Source: Candidatus Cloacimonadota bacterium (GTDB lineage: Bacteria > Cloacimonadota > Cloacimonadia > Cloacimonadales > WRIO01). Taken from it: a DNA stretch of 31,197 bases. Positions 1 through 11,186 of this stretch are shown here, piece after piece. The stretch lies in NCBI GenBank assembly GCA_029564175.1, contig JAKQQL010000291.1, positions 1 to 31,197 of the forward strand. The letters run 5' to 3'. The notes under the pieces were generated by a model. That model was not told the DNA's origin and did no database searches. It saw nothing but the letters and a program-made list of their open reading frames with translations. The position numbers were made by a program, and so were the translations under genes. How positions within the stretch are numbered: position 1 is the stretch's first letter; every line of letters starts with the position of its first letter.

Positions 1-71
1 AATTCAGCAATACCACTCATACCGATTCCACCGATACCAACAAAATGGATTTTTTTTGTTTTACCTAACAT
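1..71 (-). CDS. murC: UDP-N-acetylmuramate--L-alanine ligase, N-terminus only (runs off the window)
   Basis: Minus strand from ATG at 71 reads MLGKTKKIHFVGIGGIGMSGIAE, the MurC GIGGxGMS motif. It overlaps the murG stop (TAATG) and is in the expected dcw position. Confidence 0.93.
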   Translation of the reverse strand, partial: MLGKTKKIHFVGIGGIGMSGIAE

Positions 72-1162
72 TAATCCTCCTGATTTAGATTCAAATGAAG
101 TGATTCTATTATACTTGTATATATATGAGAAGCAGCATTTAAATGAATAGATGATTTAAATTTTTCTTTCTTTTGACTTATATTCTCCACACACAGATTA
201 AATACTCTCTCAAAATCATGAATATGTTTCTGTTCAAGTACAATTCCATAGCCTTTATTTTGAAATTCTTTCGCATTTCTTAACTGATGATTGCCCGCTG
301 CATTTGGTAATGGAATTAGAATTGAGGGTATTTTTTTAACTTCCAGTTCAGCCAGACTTAATGCACCTGCCCTACATATTGCCAGATCTGCTGAATTATA
401 TAATTTATGCATTTCATCACTAAAATCAAAAGCATAAACTCCCTGACGTCCTAAGATTTTCTCATTAATATCTTTTAAATGACTCCTGCCTGTCTGCCAA
501 ATGACTTCAAATCCTTGATTCAAAATATAGTCAAGATTTTTTAATATCATTTGATTGATAAACAAAGACCCCTGGCTGCCCCCTATTACTAATAATTTTA
601 ATGTATCTTTTTTCAAACGATATTTTTCAAAATCAATCATTTCTTCAGAGAGTAATTTTCCCTTTTGTATTGGATTACCTGTGTATTCTGTATTGTTTTT
701 TGAGAAATAAACCTTTGCCGATTTATACCCTAAAAATACTTTCTGAGAAAATCTGCCTAAAAAACGAGTCGTAATACCTGGAAAACTGTTTTGTTCCTGT
801 AAAAATAATGGAACTCTTGCAAAGATCGCAGCTAGCCCTACTGGTCCACATACAAAACCACCAGTGCCAACAACTATTTTGGGTTGGTACAACTTTATAA
901 TCTGATAGGAAGTTACAACACTTTTTATCAGTTTTACAGGGAATTTTACGTGTTGAAATGTCCAGTTTCTATATAATTTTTGGACATCAATTCCTAGAAA
1001 TTGAATATGCCTTACGGTTATCATTTTCTCTTCAAGACTGTCCTTATTGCCTACAAATACAACATGCCAGCCTTTTTCCATAAATTCTTCGCAAAGCACA
1101 AGAGCCGGCACAATATGACCACCCGTACCACCAGCCGAAATAAGCACTGTTTTATTTTTCAT
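71..1162 (-). CDS. murG: Undecaprenyl-PP-MurNAc-pentapeptide GlcNAc transferase
   Basis: GGTGGH, GTGGFV, EQNS.PG, GGSQG and RAGA motifs; dcw context. Confidence 0.97.
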   Translation of the reverse strand: MKNKTVLISAGGTGGHIVPALVLCEEFMEKGWHVVFVGNKDSLEEKMITVRHIQFLGIDVQKLYRNWTFQHVKFPVKLIKSVVTSYQIIKLYQPKIVVGTGGFVCGPVGLAAIFARVPLFLQEQNSFPGITTRFLGRFSQKVFLGYKSAKVYFSKNNTEYTGNPIQKGKLLSEEMIDFEKYRLKKDTLKLLVIGGSQGSLFINQMILKNLDYILNQGFEVIWQTGRSHLKDINEKILGRQGVYAFDFSDEMHKLYNSADLAICRAGALSLAELEVKKIPSILIPLPNAAGNHQLRNAKEFQNKGYGIVLEQKHIHDFERVFNLCVENISQKKEKFKSSIHLNAASHIYTSIIESLHLNLNQED

Positions 1163-2322
1163 GCAATGACCTTTCTTTGAGCGCTCATATTCAAAATTAA
1201 TCCCATATTGATAGCATTCATCAACAAAGATGTCCCACCATAACTTAAAAATGGTAATGTTAATCCGGTAGGAGGAATTGCTGATATGGCTACTCCTATA
1301 TTCACCATCGCTGTTAAATAAAAGTTTAAGGCAAGACCTACTCCGGAAAGTTGCAAAAACATCTCATCAGTTGACCAGGCAATCTTACAGGATTTTAGAA
1401 AAACAAACGTATATAGTGCTAAAATGATTATTGCCCCTATAAAACCAAACTGTTCTCCGATGATAGCATATATATAATCTGATTTAGCATCTGGCAGAAA
1501 ATAATGTTTTGCACGCCCTTTTGAAAAACCTTTACCAAATATTTTTCCACTGGTAATGGCTGTTAAACTTTCTTTTACCTGATAATCATTGGTTTCTTCC
1601 TGACTAACTTTTAGATTTAATGCTTTATGATACAGAGAATATTTGGAAAAGATATCCATACGGGAAGATCTATAGTCTTCTTCCCCATGCTTAATGACAA
1701 ACAATGCCAATGAACCTACACCAAGAACTAATATAAGCAGTGTTGAAAAACGAATATTTGCCACAAAAAATATACCAAGTACTGAAGCGCCAAGCACGAT
1801 TAGAGTACTTAAATGTTTTTCTGCATAAATAAGTCCAAAAACAGTTACACAGGCGATAAGTAAAGGCAGAAAATCCTTTACAAAATTAATCAAGGAAGAT
1901 CGTTCAATATAATGTCTTTTCTTATCAAGCATTTTTGATATATAGAAAATCAAAATCATTGCTGCAGGCATACTTGGTTGCAACCCAACACCACCAAATC
2001 GAATCCATCGGGTACCCCCTTTGGCTGTTGTACCAATAAGCAACACTAAAACAAGTACAATACTAATCGCTGCAAGCAATAAAAATGAATATTTGCTGAT
2101 GATTTCATACAGTTTGTTATACCTGGCTACTCCAATCATTATAGGGATTGAGAATAACACAAACATCAATTGCTTAGTAAAATACTGCAAAGAATTTTCT
2201 GAACCGCGTGAAGATCCTATATCAAGCTGCAGTATTAATCCAAACAGCATAAGGCCGATACTGATCATAAACAGTGTTTTATCATAGGATACAAATACAG
2301 TAGAAGGTTTTCTAAAGCCCAT
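1159..2322 (-). CDS. ftsW: SEDS peptidoglycan glycosyltransferase FtsW
   Basis: Polytopic membrane protein with RWIR..G..LQPS, SDYIYAIIGE and LPFLSYGGTS motifs; lies between murD and murG. Confidence 0.93.
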   Translation of the reverse strand: MGFRKPSTVFVSYDKTLFMISIGLMLFGLILQLDIGSSRGSENSLQYFTKQLMFVLFSIPIMIGVARYNKLYEIISKYSFLLLAAISIVLVLVLLIGTTAKGGTRWIRFGGVGLQPSMPAAMILIFYISKMLDKKRHYIERSSLINFVKDFLPLLIACVTVFGLIYAEKHLSTLIVLGASVLGIFFVANIRFSTLLILVLGVGSLALFVIKHGEEDYRSSRMDIFSKYSLYHKALNLKVSQEETNDYQVKESLTAITSGKIFGKGFSKGRAKHYFLPDAKSDYIYAIIGEQFGFIGAIIILALYTFVFLKSCKIAWSTDEMFLQLSGVGLALNFYLTAMVNIGVAISAIPPTGLTLPFLSYGGTSLLMNAINMGLILNMSAQRKVIA

Positions 2323-3664
2323 TTTTTATCTTCCTGACAATCTCTTTAAATGACTGACCACGATGTTCAAAGTTTTTAAACATATCATAACTTGCACAGG
2401 CAGGCGATAATACCACATAATCACCGGCTTCTGAATCCTGATAAGCTTTGACTATTGCTGATTCAAAATCTTCAAAGACTTCATATTCAGCTATTCCCTG
2501 ATAAGCCTCTTCCATTTGTTTACGAGTAGCACCAATCAAATAAATTTTTCTGGCATGTTCTTTCAACAATTCATTAAGAATTGAAAAATCTTCGCCTTTA
2601 TCTGACCCACCCATAATTATGCGAATGGGTCTTTCATAAGACAATAAAGCGTATTTAACAGAATCGGTATTAGTCGCTTTCGAATCATTTATAAATTGAA
2701 CACCATTAACCGTATCAACCCATTCCAGACGATGTTCAAGAGATTTAAAAGTTTTAAAACCTCTTCTTAAAACTTCATCATCAGCAATAATTTCTTTTAC
2801 AGCCAAGAATGCAGCCATGATATTGCAATAATTATGAGGGCCTCTGATAGAAAAATCTTTTACGGGCAGTTTCCACTCGATTCCATCCTTATCTGATACC
2901 AATTCTGAAGTTTCTTGATTGTAAAACGCATCTGCATGATGAATCAGGGAGAAGTTTTCTATTTTGCTTTTTATCAGATGTTTAAATTTGTTTATCACTT
3001 CGTCATCAGTAAATAAAACAGCCTTATGATGATTATTCTGATTTTTAAACAAGTTAATTTTTGCTAAAGCATAATCATCGAAAGAGTTATATCTGTTGAG
3101 ATGGTCAGGAGTAATATTTGTCAGGACAGCAACATCAGGCGTAAACTGATCAATTAATTCCAGCTGAAAACTGCTTAATTCTAATACAATCCAGTCATAA
3201 TGATTTTCAATATCAAAACTGCTAAAAGCATCCCCTATATTTCCCGCTAAAAGAGCTTTAAACCCAGCAGTTACTAATAAATGATATATGAGAGAAACGG
3301 TTGTACTCTTTCCGTTAGAACCAGTTACAGCAATAATTTTAGAGCTTTTGTTCATGATCCTAAATGCAAATTCGATCTCACTGATAACAGGGATATGTTG
3401 ACTCATTGCTTTTCGGACAATTGGAATTGTTTGAGGGACTCCCGGGCTTAAAATGATCACATCAGCATCAAGCACTCTGTCAGTATTTCCTCCAAATTCA
3501 CAGTCAAAATGTTTAAGCAAATAGTCACTTTCAGCAATATCTTCTGCTTTCTTGGCATCTGATAAAAAAACACTGCCTCCAGCTTTTACCACTTTCTCAG
3601 CGGCAGCAATCCCACTTCTTGCCATTCCAATAATTGAAAATCTTTGTTTAATCCATTCCATCAT
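2312..3664 (-). CDS. murD: UDP-MurNAc-L-Ala--D-glutamate ligase
   Basis: SPGVP, TGSNGKSTT, LELSSFQL, PDHLNRY, NDSKATN and LSPACASYD motifs. Confidence 0.97.
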   Translation of the reverse strand: MMEWIKQRFSIIGMARSGIAAAEKVVKAGGSVFLSDAKKAEDIAESDYLLKHFDCEFGGNTDRVLDADVIILSPGVPQTIPIVRKAMSQHIPVISEIEFAFRIMNKSSKIIAVTGSNGKSTTVSLIYHLLVTAGFKALLAGNIGDAFSSFDIENHYDWIVLELSSFQLELIDQFTPDVAVLTNITPDHLNRYNSFDDYALAKINLFKNQNNHHKAVLFTDDEVINKFKHLIKSKIENFSLIHHADAFYNQETSELVSDKDGIEWKLPVKDFSIRGPHNYCNIMAAFLAVKEIIADDEVLRRGFKTFKSLEHRLEWVDTVNGVQFINDSKATNTDSVKYALLSYERPIRIIMGGSDKGEDFSILNELLKEHARKIYLIGATRKQMEEAYQGIAEYEVFEDFESAIVKAYQDSEAGDYVVLSPACASYDMFKNFEHRGQSFKEIVRKIKNGL

Positions 3665-3684
3665 AAACCTTCTTTATAAATCCA

Positions 3685-4785
3685 TTAACGTAGTTTTAAC
3701 GTACCCAGACCAATTGCCACTAATAATATTGCAATAATCCAAAAACGAACAACGATCTTTTCCTCAGGGACCCCTGACATTTCAAAATGATGATGCAATG
3801 GTGCTTTCTTAAAAAATCTGACACCTGTACCTGTTCGCATTCGGGAATATTTAAAATAATATCGTTGTATCATTGAAGATAAAGTCTCTGCAATAAAAAT
3901 GGAACCAATCATTGCAAAAAACAACTCTTCCCTTAATATTATTGAAATTAATGCCAGTAACCCACCTAATGTCAAAGACCCTGTATCTCCCATAAAAATC
4001 TGTGCCGGTCTGGTATTAAACCACAAAAAGCCAAGCGTTGTACCGATGATGGATGCAGCAAATATTGTAATTTCTCCGGATTCAGGAATAAATTCTAAAT
4101 TCAGATAGCGTGCAATCACGAAGTGACCTTTCAGATAAGCCAACACTCCTAAACCAAAAGTAGCGATTGAGATCGTTCCGGCTGCCAATCCGTCAAGACC
4201 ATCTGTCAAATTAACAGCATTTGAAGTCCCTGTAATCATAAAGATCACAAAAGGGATAAAAAACCAGGATAAATGAATGAATGTGTTTTTAAAGAAAGGA
4301 ACACTGATTGAGGTAATATCTCCATTGTAAGGCATAAAATACAAAGCACAAGCAATAATTGCCCCTAAGGTTACCTGTCCAAGTAATTTATATCTGGGCA
4401 CAAGTCCACTTTTTTCTTTTAGAAAGTTTTTCAGATAATCATCCAAAAAGCCAATTCCACCTAACCAAAGCACTGTCAGTAAAAGCAATAGGATGTTCGT
4501 ATTTAGTAAATTATTCCACAGTAAAGTGGATAATAAAATACCTGATAATATGATCAGCCCACCCATCGTAGGGGTACCTTGCTTTACCTTGTGTGATTCA
4601 GGTACTTCATCATTAATCGTTTCAACGGCTTTATTTTCTTTTAGAACTTTAATAATCTTTGGTCCTATAAAAAAGGAAAATAAAAGCGCTGTGATAAAGG
4701 CAGCAACCGCTCTAAATGTGATGTAACGAAATACATTAAAAAATATGTGATACTGTGCTAATGGATAAAACAAGTGATAAAACAT
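3685..4785 (-). CDS. mraY: Phospho-MurNAc-pentapeptide transferase
   Basis: GTPTMGG, GFLDD, NAVNLTDGLDGL, IFMGDTGS and APLHHHFE motifs. Confidence 0.98.
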   Translation of the reverse strand: MFYHLFYPLAQYHIFFNVFRYITFRAVAAFITALLFSFFIGPKIIKVLKENKAVETINDEVPESHKVKQGTPTMGGLIILSGILLSTLLWNNLLNTNILLLLLTVLWLGGIGFLDDYLKNFLKEKSGLVPRYKLLGQVTLGAIIACALYFMPYNGDITSISVPFFKNTFIHLSWFFIPFVIFMITGTSNAVNLTDGLDGLAAGTISIATFGLGVLAYLKGHFVIARYLNLEFIPESGEITIFAASIIGTTLGFLWFNTRPAQIFMGDTGSLTLGGLLALISIILREELFFAMIGSIFIAETLSSMIQRYYFKYSRMRTGTGVRFFKKAPLHHHFEMSGVPEEKIVVRFWIIAILLVAIGLGTLKLR

Positions 4786-4791
4786 ATTGGA

Positions 4792-7725
4792 CTACCTTTC
4801 TATTAATCTTTCTAAATGAATACCATGCGATGCTTTAATTAAAACAACACTATCTGATGGAATCTGATCCAGCATTTTGCTTCCAACTAATTCATCAACT
4901 CCTTCAAAATGATGATGACTTCCATAAAAACGGCTCATTTGTCCAACACTAAATACTGATTCCACAATGTTGTAACCAACCAATATTTCATGTATTTCCT
5001 GATGATATATTTCTGACAATTTACCGAGTTCTAACATATCTCCTAATACCGCATAGTGTTTTTTCTGTGGATTAAGTTTCATCCAGTAATGTATTGCAGA
5101 TTTCATAGAAACCGGATTCGCATTATAACAATCTACCAGCCATAAGCTTCCATTCATCTCCATTTTTTTCATCCGGTAACTGACATTTAAAGATTTTAGC
5201 AAGCCATTTTGGATTTCATGAGCTGAAAGGCCTAATTGTTTCGCAGCAACAATCGCAAATGATGCATTCGTTACCTTAAAACGAACATTATCATTGATCT
5301 GATAAGATTCTTCGTTTAATTTGAACTCAATTTTATCCTGTCCTTCAAGTATTGAATGGATATTGAAATCTGAGGAGGCGCTTTCACCAATGCTTAACTT
5401 CTCATAATCCCTACTCTGATTATCATGTTTAAATCTATCAAATTTTGAATCATTTTCAGGGAATATAATCACTTCTTTTGTATAATCAAATAGAACTGAC
5501 TTTTCTCTGAATACGCCTTCCTCATTTTCAAGAAACTCAAGGTGAGAAGGTCCAATATTGATTATCAAAGAGATATCCGGTTTAACGATTTCAGCTAATT
5601 GTCTAATTTCGCCAAACTGGTTGGTGCCACATTCTAAAACGGCTATTTCATGGGAAGGATTGATATTCAGTATCGTTTTAGGTACGCCGATTAAATTATT
5701 CTCATTGCCACTATTCGTTAAAACCTGATATTTTTCTGACAAGATGTTATACAAATACGCTTTAGTAGTAGTTTTTCCTGTACTGCCCGTTAATGCGATT
5801 TTGATTATTCCATAATAAGTAAGGAATTTACCCGCAATAAAACCATACGCTTTCTGAGTATCTGCTACACAAATAATCCTGTCATGATATTGTTTCTTTA
5901 ACTCATCTGCCTTTGCATAATTTTGATTTATCAAACAAATTACATTATCATTTTTTAAAACTGATTCGCAGTAATCAGCCCCATCAAACTTTTCACCCTT
6001 TAATGCGATAAACAAAGTATTTTCTTTTACTTTTCGTGAATCTGTACTAATAAAATCGATGGATTTAAAGGTTTTCAGACTCTCTGTATTAAACTCATGT
6101 GCAAACCACAGACTAAAATTCATTATATCGACTTCAATACTCAGTTTTTCGTCATCATGCTCATCCAAATCAGGCATTGAGAGAAATTCATTCACTATAT
6201 CACATTCATTGAATGGATATTTAACTCCATTTATTTCCTGATAGGTTTCATGGCCTTTACCTGCAATCAGAACAATATCCCCTTTTTTAGCCAGTTTAAG
6301 TGCTTGATGAATTGCTTTTTTTCTGTCTCTGAGAATCAAAATCTGATCAGTCGTTTCAATTCCGGATAGCATATCCAGAATTATTTCTGAAGGGACTTCA
6401 TCTCGCGGATTATCATCACACAAAATGAGCAAATCGGAATATTTTAAAGCCGCTTTAGTCATCAATGGACGCTTCATTTTATCACGATTACCACCAGCAC
6501 CCAGCAAAGTTATGATTCTGGATTTTCTCTCTATGTGTTTATTGGGTTGTGGTTTACATCTGCTTAAATTCTTTAATACATTTTCTACTGCATCTGGCGT
6601 ATGGGCATAATCGATATATATGCCTATCCCTTGATGATTCTGAACAGATTCAATCCTCCCCTTTGCAGGCTTAATTGTGCGTATAATCTCTTCTATCCCA
6701 ATTCCGGATTTATCTTCAATATCATCGGTTATGGCAATTGCGGTAATACAGTTCTGAATATTGTAGTCACCAATTAAACTCGTTTCAAATCTCTTTTCTA
6801 GTTTATCAATACTAAGTGTAAAAGCGCTCTTTTGAATATCAAAACATATATCCTGAGCCAAATATAGATTAGGATAAACTCCCCTGTTATGATTATTTAG
6901 ACTAAGCGTTTTAATACTTCCAACAGCTTCTCTGATTATCTCCTTACCAAATGCATCATCAATGTTTATCACTGCATTCCCTTTTCTATCTTGGAGATCA
7001 GTAAATAGTTTTAACTTCGTATTTGCGTAATCCTGCATATCTTTATGAAAATCGAGATGATCCTGACTCAGGTTAGTAAAGGCAGTTGTTTCAAATTTTA
7101 ATCCATATACTCTGCTGAGTGCAATTGCATGGGATGATACTTCCATTACCACGTATTCTACTCCGGCATCTCGCATCTGACAAAAAATCTGGTTCAGCTC
7201 CATAACATCTGGTGTTGTTCTTTCTGACTCATACTGAACACCGTTGATATAATAACCGATTGTTCCTATCATACCGGTTTTATATCCTTTGGCAATCAAA
7301 ATCTGCATAACCAGCCAGGCCGTAGTAGTTTTACCATTTGTTCCGGTAATACCGATGAGTTTAAATGAATCAGCAGGCGCTTGATACTCATATTTGGCTA
7401 AAATTGCCATTGCTTTTCGGCTATCTTCTACCACTATCTGAAAAATATGATCTAAAGGTAGTTCTCTTTCAACCACCAATGCGATTGCACCTTTTCGAAT
7501 TGCTTCTTGAGCCATATCATGCCCATCAACAGCATATCCCTTAATACAAATAAAAATATCATTTTCAGTAACAGATTTCGTATTAACTGATAAATGGGCA
7601 ATGTTTTGATTTAATAATTCTAAAGGCAAATCCTGAGAATTTAGATAAGTAACGCCATTATAACAGCAATTTTGATAAATCACATCTTCTCTGATTATCT
7701 GAACGTAATCTTTTATCTTTCTCAT
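4792..7725 (-). CDS. murE/murF: Fused MurE-MurF ligase (mDAP-adding MurE N-half, D-Ala-D-Ala-adding MurF C-half)
   Basis: One 977-aa ORF with two Mur ligase units. MurE: TGTNGKTT, MEVSSHA, DHLDFH, DYAHTPD, DNPR, AGKGHETYQ. MurF: TDSR, TGSTGKTTTK, NNLIGVP, DCYNANP, GDMLELG, KASHG. Confidence 0.95.
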   Translation of the reverse strand: MRKIKDYVQIIREDVIYQNCCYNGVTYLNSQDLPLELLNQNIAHLSVNTKSVTENDIFICIKGYAVDGHDMAQEAIRKGAIALVVERELPLDHIFQIVVEDSRKAMAILAKYEYQAPADSFKLIGITGTNGKTTTAWLVMQILIAKGYKTGMIGTIGYYINGVQYESERTTPDVMELNQIFCQMRDAGVEYVVMEVSSHAIALSRVYGLKFETTAFTNLSQDHLDFHKDMQDYANTKLKLFTDLQDRKGNAVINIDDAFGKEIIREAVGSIKTLSLNNHNRGVYPNLYLAQDICFDIQKSAFTLSIDKLEKRFETSLIGDYNIQNCITAIAITDDIEDKSGIGIEEIIRTIKPAKGRIESVQNHQGIGIYIDYAHTPDAVENVLKNLSRCKPQPNKHIERKSRIITLLGAGGNRDKMKRPLMTKAALKYSDLLILCDDNPRDEVPSEIILDMLSGIETTDQILILRDRKKAIHQALKLAKKGDIVLIAGKGHETYQEINGVKYPFNECDIVNEFLSMPDLDEHDDEKLSIEVDIMNFSLWFAHEFNTESLKTFKSIDFISTDSRKVKENTLFIALKGEKFDGADYCESVLKNDNVICLINQNYAKADELKKQYHDRIICVADTQKAYGFIAGKFLTYYGIIKIALTGSTGKTTTKAYLYNILSEKYQVLTNSGNENNLIGVPKTILNINPSHEIAVLECGTNQFGEIRQLAEIVKPDISLIINIGPSHLEFLENEEGVFREKSVLFDYTKEVIIFPENDSKFDRFKHDNQSRDYEKLSIGESASSDFNIHSILEGQDKIEFKLNEESYQINDNVRFKVTNASFAIVAAKQLGLSAHEIQNGLLKSLNVSYRMKKMEMNGSLWLVDCYNANPVSMKSAIHYWMKLNPQKKHYAVLGDMLELGKLSEIYHQEIHEILVGYNIVESVFSVGQMSRFYGSHHHFEGVDELVGSKMLDQIPSDSVVLIKASHGIHLERLIER

Positions 7726-9884
7726 TCTGCCTTCACTTTACATTTTTGTAAAAATTTTATTTTTTCTCCTGGCTGAATCGATTGAGCGGTAATGATTCCA
7801 CTCCCAGAAATTTCCAGTTCAATCTTTAAACTCTTTGCCAAACTAATTGCTTTTCTGACTGTCATTCCCACCAGGTTTGGCATTTGAGAGGTATCAATCT
7901 TCTGCTTGCTTAAATTTACTTTTTTATCCACGACTACAATTGCTTCATTCACACTGTCAAAAGAGACATCTGGTTTTGGAAACTGATTGATAACAATTCC
8001 ATTTAAGTCATTTTCTATCATCTGATACTTAATATTATTTTTATTCAGTTTACTTCTTGCTTCGCTAATACTAAGTCCCATGACATCTGGCATTTTTACC
8101 ATGATCTGTTTTCCCTGTTTCATATTGGGAATTAACTTACAAGTTGGTAATGCAATGATTTGCTCTGTTATTTTTTTAAAAGTTGGCACAGAAGACATCG
8201 ATCCAAAATGGTAAGCATAATCTGGTTCATCAAACATAACGGTGATTGCATATTGAGGATCTTCGACAGGGAAAAATCCAGAAAATACAGAAGAATAGGT
8301 ATATTTACCATATCCAGCTGAGCCTTCTGCTTTTTTCTCAGCTGTACCTGTTTTACCACCAATTGATACATAGTTTAAACGAGTAGTTGTTGCTGTTCCT
8401 CTTTCAACTACATTTTTCAAATATTGCTGTTCAAGTTTGATATTATTGGCATTAGAAATTGTCCGAATGACTTTTGGTTCTGTCTTTGTTATCAATTTAT
8501 TATTTGCATCTCTGACTTCTTTTAAAATGTAGGGTCTCAATACTTTTCCACCATTGGCAATTGTACTGTAGGCATTCGTCAATTGTAGCGTATTAACGGT
8601 CATTTCCTGTCCGAAGGATAGAGAATGAAGGGTATATCCACTCCAGTCCGTATATTTTTTCAAATTTCCGGCACTCTCACCGTATATATTGGCACCTGTT
8701 TTATGTCCAAATCCCAATGCGATATAACGATTATACAGTTCAACTGATCCAATTCTTTCTGCTACCTTTGCAATACCGACATTACTGGATTTCACAATAA
8801 TATCTTCAAAACTGATTGTACCCAGTTCATGACTGTCCTTAATTGTTCTTCTGCCCACATTGTATCTTGCACAATTAATTAAATCATTGGTTCTAAACAA
8901 TTTTTTATCAAGCGCCAACAATGAGACAAATGGTTTGATGGTTGAGCCAGGTTCAAATCGATGAGTAACAGGCAGGTTCATACTCGAACGTATTAAGGAT
9001 TCACTGGTGTTTCCATCACTTCGTGATAAACCAGCCATTGCCAGAATTTCACCGGTTTTTGGATTCATGACAACAGCCATGGCATTGGCTGCATTATATT
9101 TTTTAATCCCTTCCCACAGGTTATCTTCGACAATTTGCTGAATTTCTGAATCAATGGTAAGATACACGGCATTACCGTCTTTTGCCGGTTTTTCCTGAAG
9201 ATCTGGATAAGTCACAATCGATTTATTGGCATCATAAAGTGTTTCTTTCCAGCCATATTCGCCTTTTAGATATTCATCAAAAGAAGCTTCAACTCCACAA
9301 AAACCTTCCATTCGATAAACCGACCTGTTTTTAGGATCACTTTCATCCTGGATTTCTTTTACCAGACCTAAGAGTCTGGCACCTAATTTCCCTTTGGAGT
9401 ATATGCGTTGCATTGATCTGAAAGAAGGGATGATTACAGACAAATTCTTTTTTTCAAGTTCGTTTGTAATATTAAGTAGTTCCGATTCTTTGATTGAATT
9501 TGATATAAGAACGGTATTAGATTTTTTATTCAATAGTTTATTGAGAACTTTAGATTTTTCTTCTTCAGAATACTTGCAAATCACAGTACTAATGTAATCA
9601 AAAACTTCAGCAGGATTCTTTTTTTTCTTCTTGCTATAATTAAAAACCTTGTTCCGATCCACATCTATCTGATAGAATTTAATGGTACTGGCAAACATTT
9701 CTCCATTTCGGTCATAAATATTTCCCCTGACAGGAATACTGATTTCCTTACTGGGATTGTATCTGATCTGACGTCTGTATGACAGATTAAAAGGGTCAAA
9801 AATCTGCACAATAAACAAGTAAATAGCCCATAAAAGGGCTAATAAAAAAATGATAATTTTGAGAAAATAAAGCCGTCTATTCAT
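7722..9884 (-). CDS. ftsI: Class B penicillin-binding protein FtsI with two C-terminal PASTA domains
   Basis: N-terminal TM, RGNIYDRNG, catalytic STIK / SSN / KTG motifs, two PASTA-like repeats (MPDVMG..., MPNLVG...). Confidence 0.93.
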   Translation of the reverse strand: MNRRLYFLKIIIFLLALLWAIYLFIVQIFDPFNLSYRRQIRYNPSKEISIPVRGNIYDRNGEMFASTIKFYQIDVDRNKVFNYSKKKKKNPAEVFDYISTVICKYSEEEKSKVLNKLLNKKSNTVLISNSIKESELLNITNELEKKNLSVIIPSFRSMQRIYSKGKLGARLLGLVKEIQDESDPKNRSVYRMEGFCGVEASFDEYLKGEYGWKETLYDANKSIVTYPDLQEKPAKDGNAVYLTIDSEIQQIVEDNLWEGIKKYNAANAMAVVMNPKTGEILAMAGLSRSDGNTSESLIRSSMNLPVTHRFEPGSTIKPFVSLLALDKKLFRTNDLINCARYNVGRRTIKDSHELGTISFEDIIVKSSNVGIAKVAERIGSVELYNRYIALGFGHKTGANIYGESAGNLKKYTDWSGYTLHSLSFGQEMTVNTLQLTNAYSTIANGGKVLRPYILKEVRDANNKLITKTEPKVIRTISNANNIKLEQQYLKNVVERGTATTTRLNYVSIGGKTGTAEKKAEGSAGYGKYTYSSVFSGFFPVEDPQYAITVMFDEPDYAYHFGSMSSVPTFKKITEQIIALPTCKLIPNMKQGKQIMVKMPDVMGLSISEARSKLNKNNIKYQMIENDLNGIVINQFPKPDVSFDSVNEAIVVVDKKVNLSKQKIDTSQMPNLVGMTVRKAISLAKSLKIELEISGSGIITAQSIQPGEKIKFLQKCKVKAE

Positions 9885-10236
9885 TTTGTGGATTTAGTGC
9901 CTGAGCTTCTGGTGAAATGAAATCAATTAAACTATACATCACATTATCGTTCTTCTTATTTTCACGAACATAAGAAATACGAGCTGATGCGGTTGAATCT
10001 GATGAAATCGGATTAAATAAACCCAGATTACTGGAAGCATAATTACAAATACGTTCTCTTAAACATAACTGATTATTTTTCGACAATAACTCAGCCTTAC
10101 AATTTCTTGCGGCAACTAATTCTGATTTTAACTCCTTGATTTCACGATAGTTCATCAACACACTATGTTGACTAAACTGCATTAAAAACACACGAACCAA
10201 GAGTAAAATTCCACAAACAACCACAGGTTTCATCAT
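9877..10236 (-). CDS. ftsL: Probable cell division protein FtsL
   Basis: Small protein with an N-terminal TM, a coiled coil and an ERI...A...LGL motif, located between rsmH and ftsI. Confidence 0.7.
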   Translation of the reverse strand: MMKPVVVCGILLLVRVFLMQFSQHSVLMNYREIKELKSELVAARNCKAELLSKNNQLCLRERICNYASSNLGLFNPISSDSTASARISYVRENKKNDNVMYSLIDFISPEAQALNPQNE

Positions 10237-11186
10237 TTCCTCCCTAATTTTTCTACAACTCTGAGTTTAGCACTGCGTGCATTGGAATTCTCATAAATCT
10301 CATTTTCCTGAGGCACGACAGGCTTTTTGGTCATTATTTTCACTAAGGCTTTATGCTGGCAGATACACAGAGGAATACTCTTATCACAAAGACAATCTAA
10401 TGATTCTCTTTGAAATAATTGTTTCACAATACGGTCTTCCAGACTATGCCATGAGATGACAAGTAAACGTCCACCTGGTCTTAAACAGTAAATGGCATCC
10501 AGTAATGATTGTTCTAATATACCCAATTCATCATTTACTGCAATTCGTAAAGCCTGAAATATTCTGGCTTTACTTTTTATACTGTTGATTTCAACCTGAT
10601 GTTTTCGATTGATATGATTTAAACTTTTATCGATAATAGCGCTTAATTCTCCAGTTCTGCTAATCCGACGCTCATTGCGGTGATACACAATTGCATTTGC
10701 AATATGAGCAGAAAAGTTTTCTTCTCCAAAATTGAAAAAGATTTCTTTTAACTGCGCTTCACTGTATTCATTGACGATTTGCTCTGCTGTCAGAGGATTA
10801 TCCTGATTCATTCTCATATCAAGAGGAGAATCTTCCATAAACATAAAACCCTTTTCCGGATTGGAAATCTGATAGGTTGAGACGCCAATATCAAATAAAG
10901 CACCATCTATATAGTTAATTTTCTCTAAAGCCAGCCTTGTTCTCATATTTTTAAAATTATCTTTAATGATTGAGACCTGATGATGAAATGCTTCCAGTCG
11001 TTTTCCTGCATAATCAATCGCATCCTGATCCTGATCAAAACCAATTAATCGAATCCCTGACTGTCTGGATAACATTTCAAAACTATGACCACCTCCACCT
11101 AAAGTAGCATCCACATAAAGACCACCCTCTTTAAGTTTCATATAATCTAATACTTCATTAACCATTACAGGGACATGATAGGTCAT
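10233..11186 (-). CDS. rsmH: 16S rRNA m4C1402 methyltransferase
   Basis: HVPVM, DATLGGGGHS, PLDMRM, FQALRIAVN.EL, HSLEDRIVK and RSAKLR motifs. Confidence 0.98.
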   Translation of the reverse strand: MTYHVPVMVNEVLDYMKLKEGGLYVDATLGGGGHSFEMLSRQSGIRLIGFDQDQDAIDYAGKRLEAFHHQVSIIKDNFKNMRTRLALEKINYIDGALFDIGVSTYQISNPEKGFMFMEDSPLDMRMNQDNPLTAEQIVNEYSEAQLKEIFFNFGEENFSAHIANAIVYHRNERRISRTGELSAIIDKSLNHINRKHQVEINSIKSKARIFQALRIAVNDELGILEQSLLDAIYCLRPGGRLLVISWHSLEDRIVKQLFQRESLDCLCDKSIPLCICQHKALVKIMTKKPVVPQENEIYENSNARSAKLRVVEKLGRK

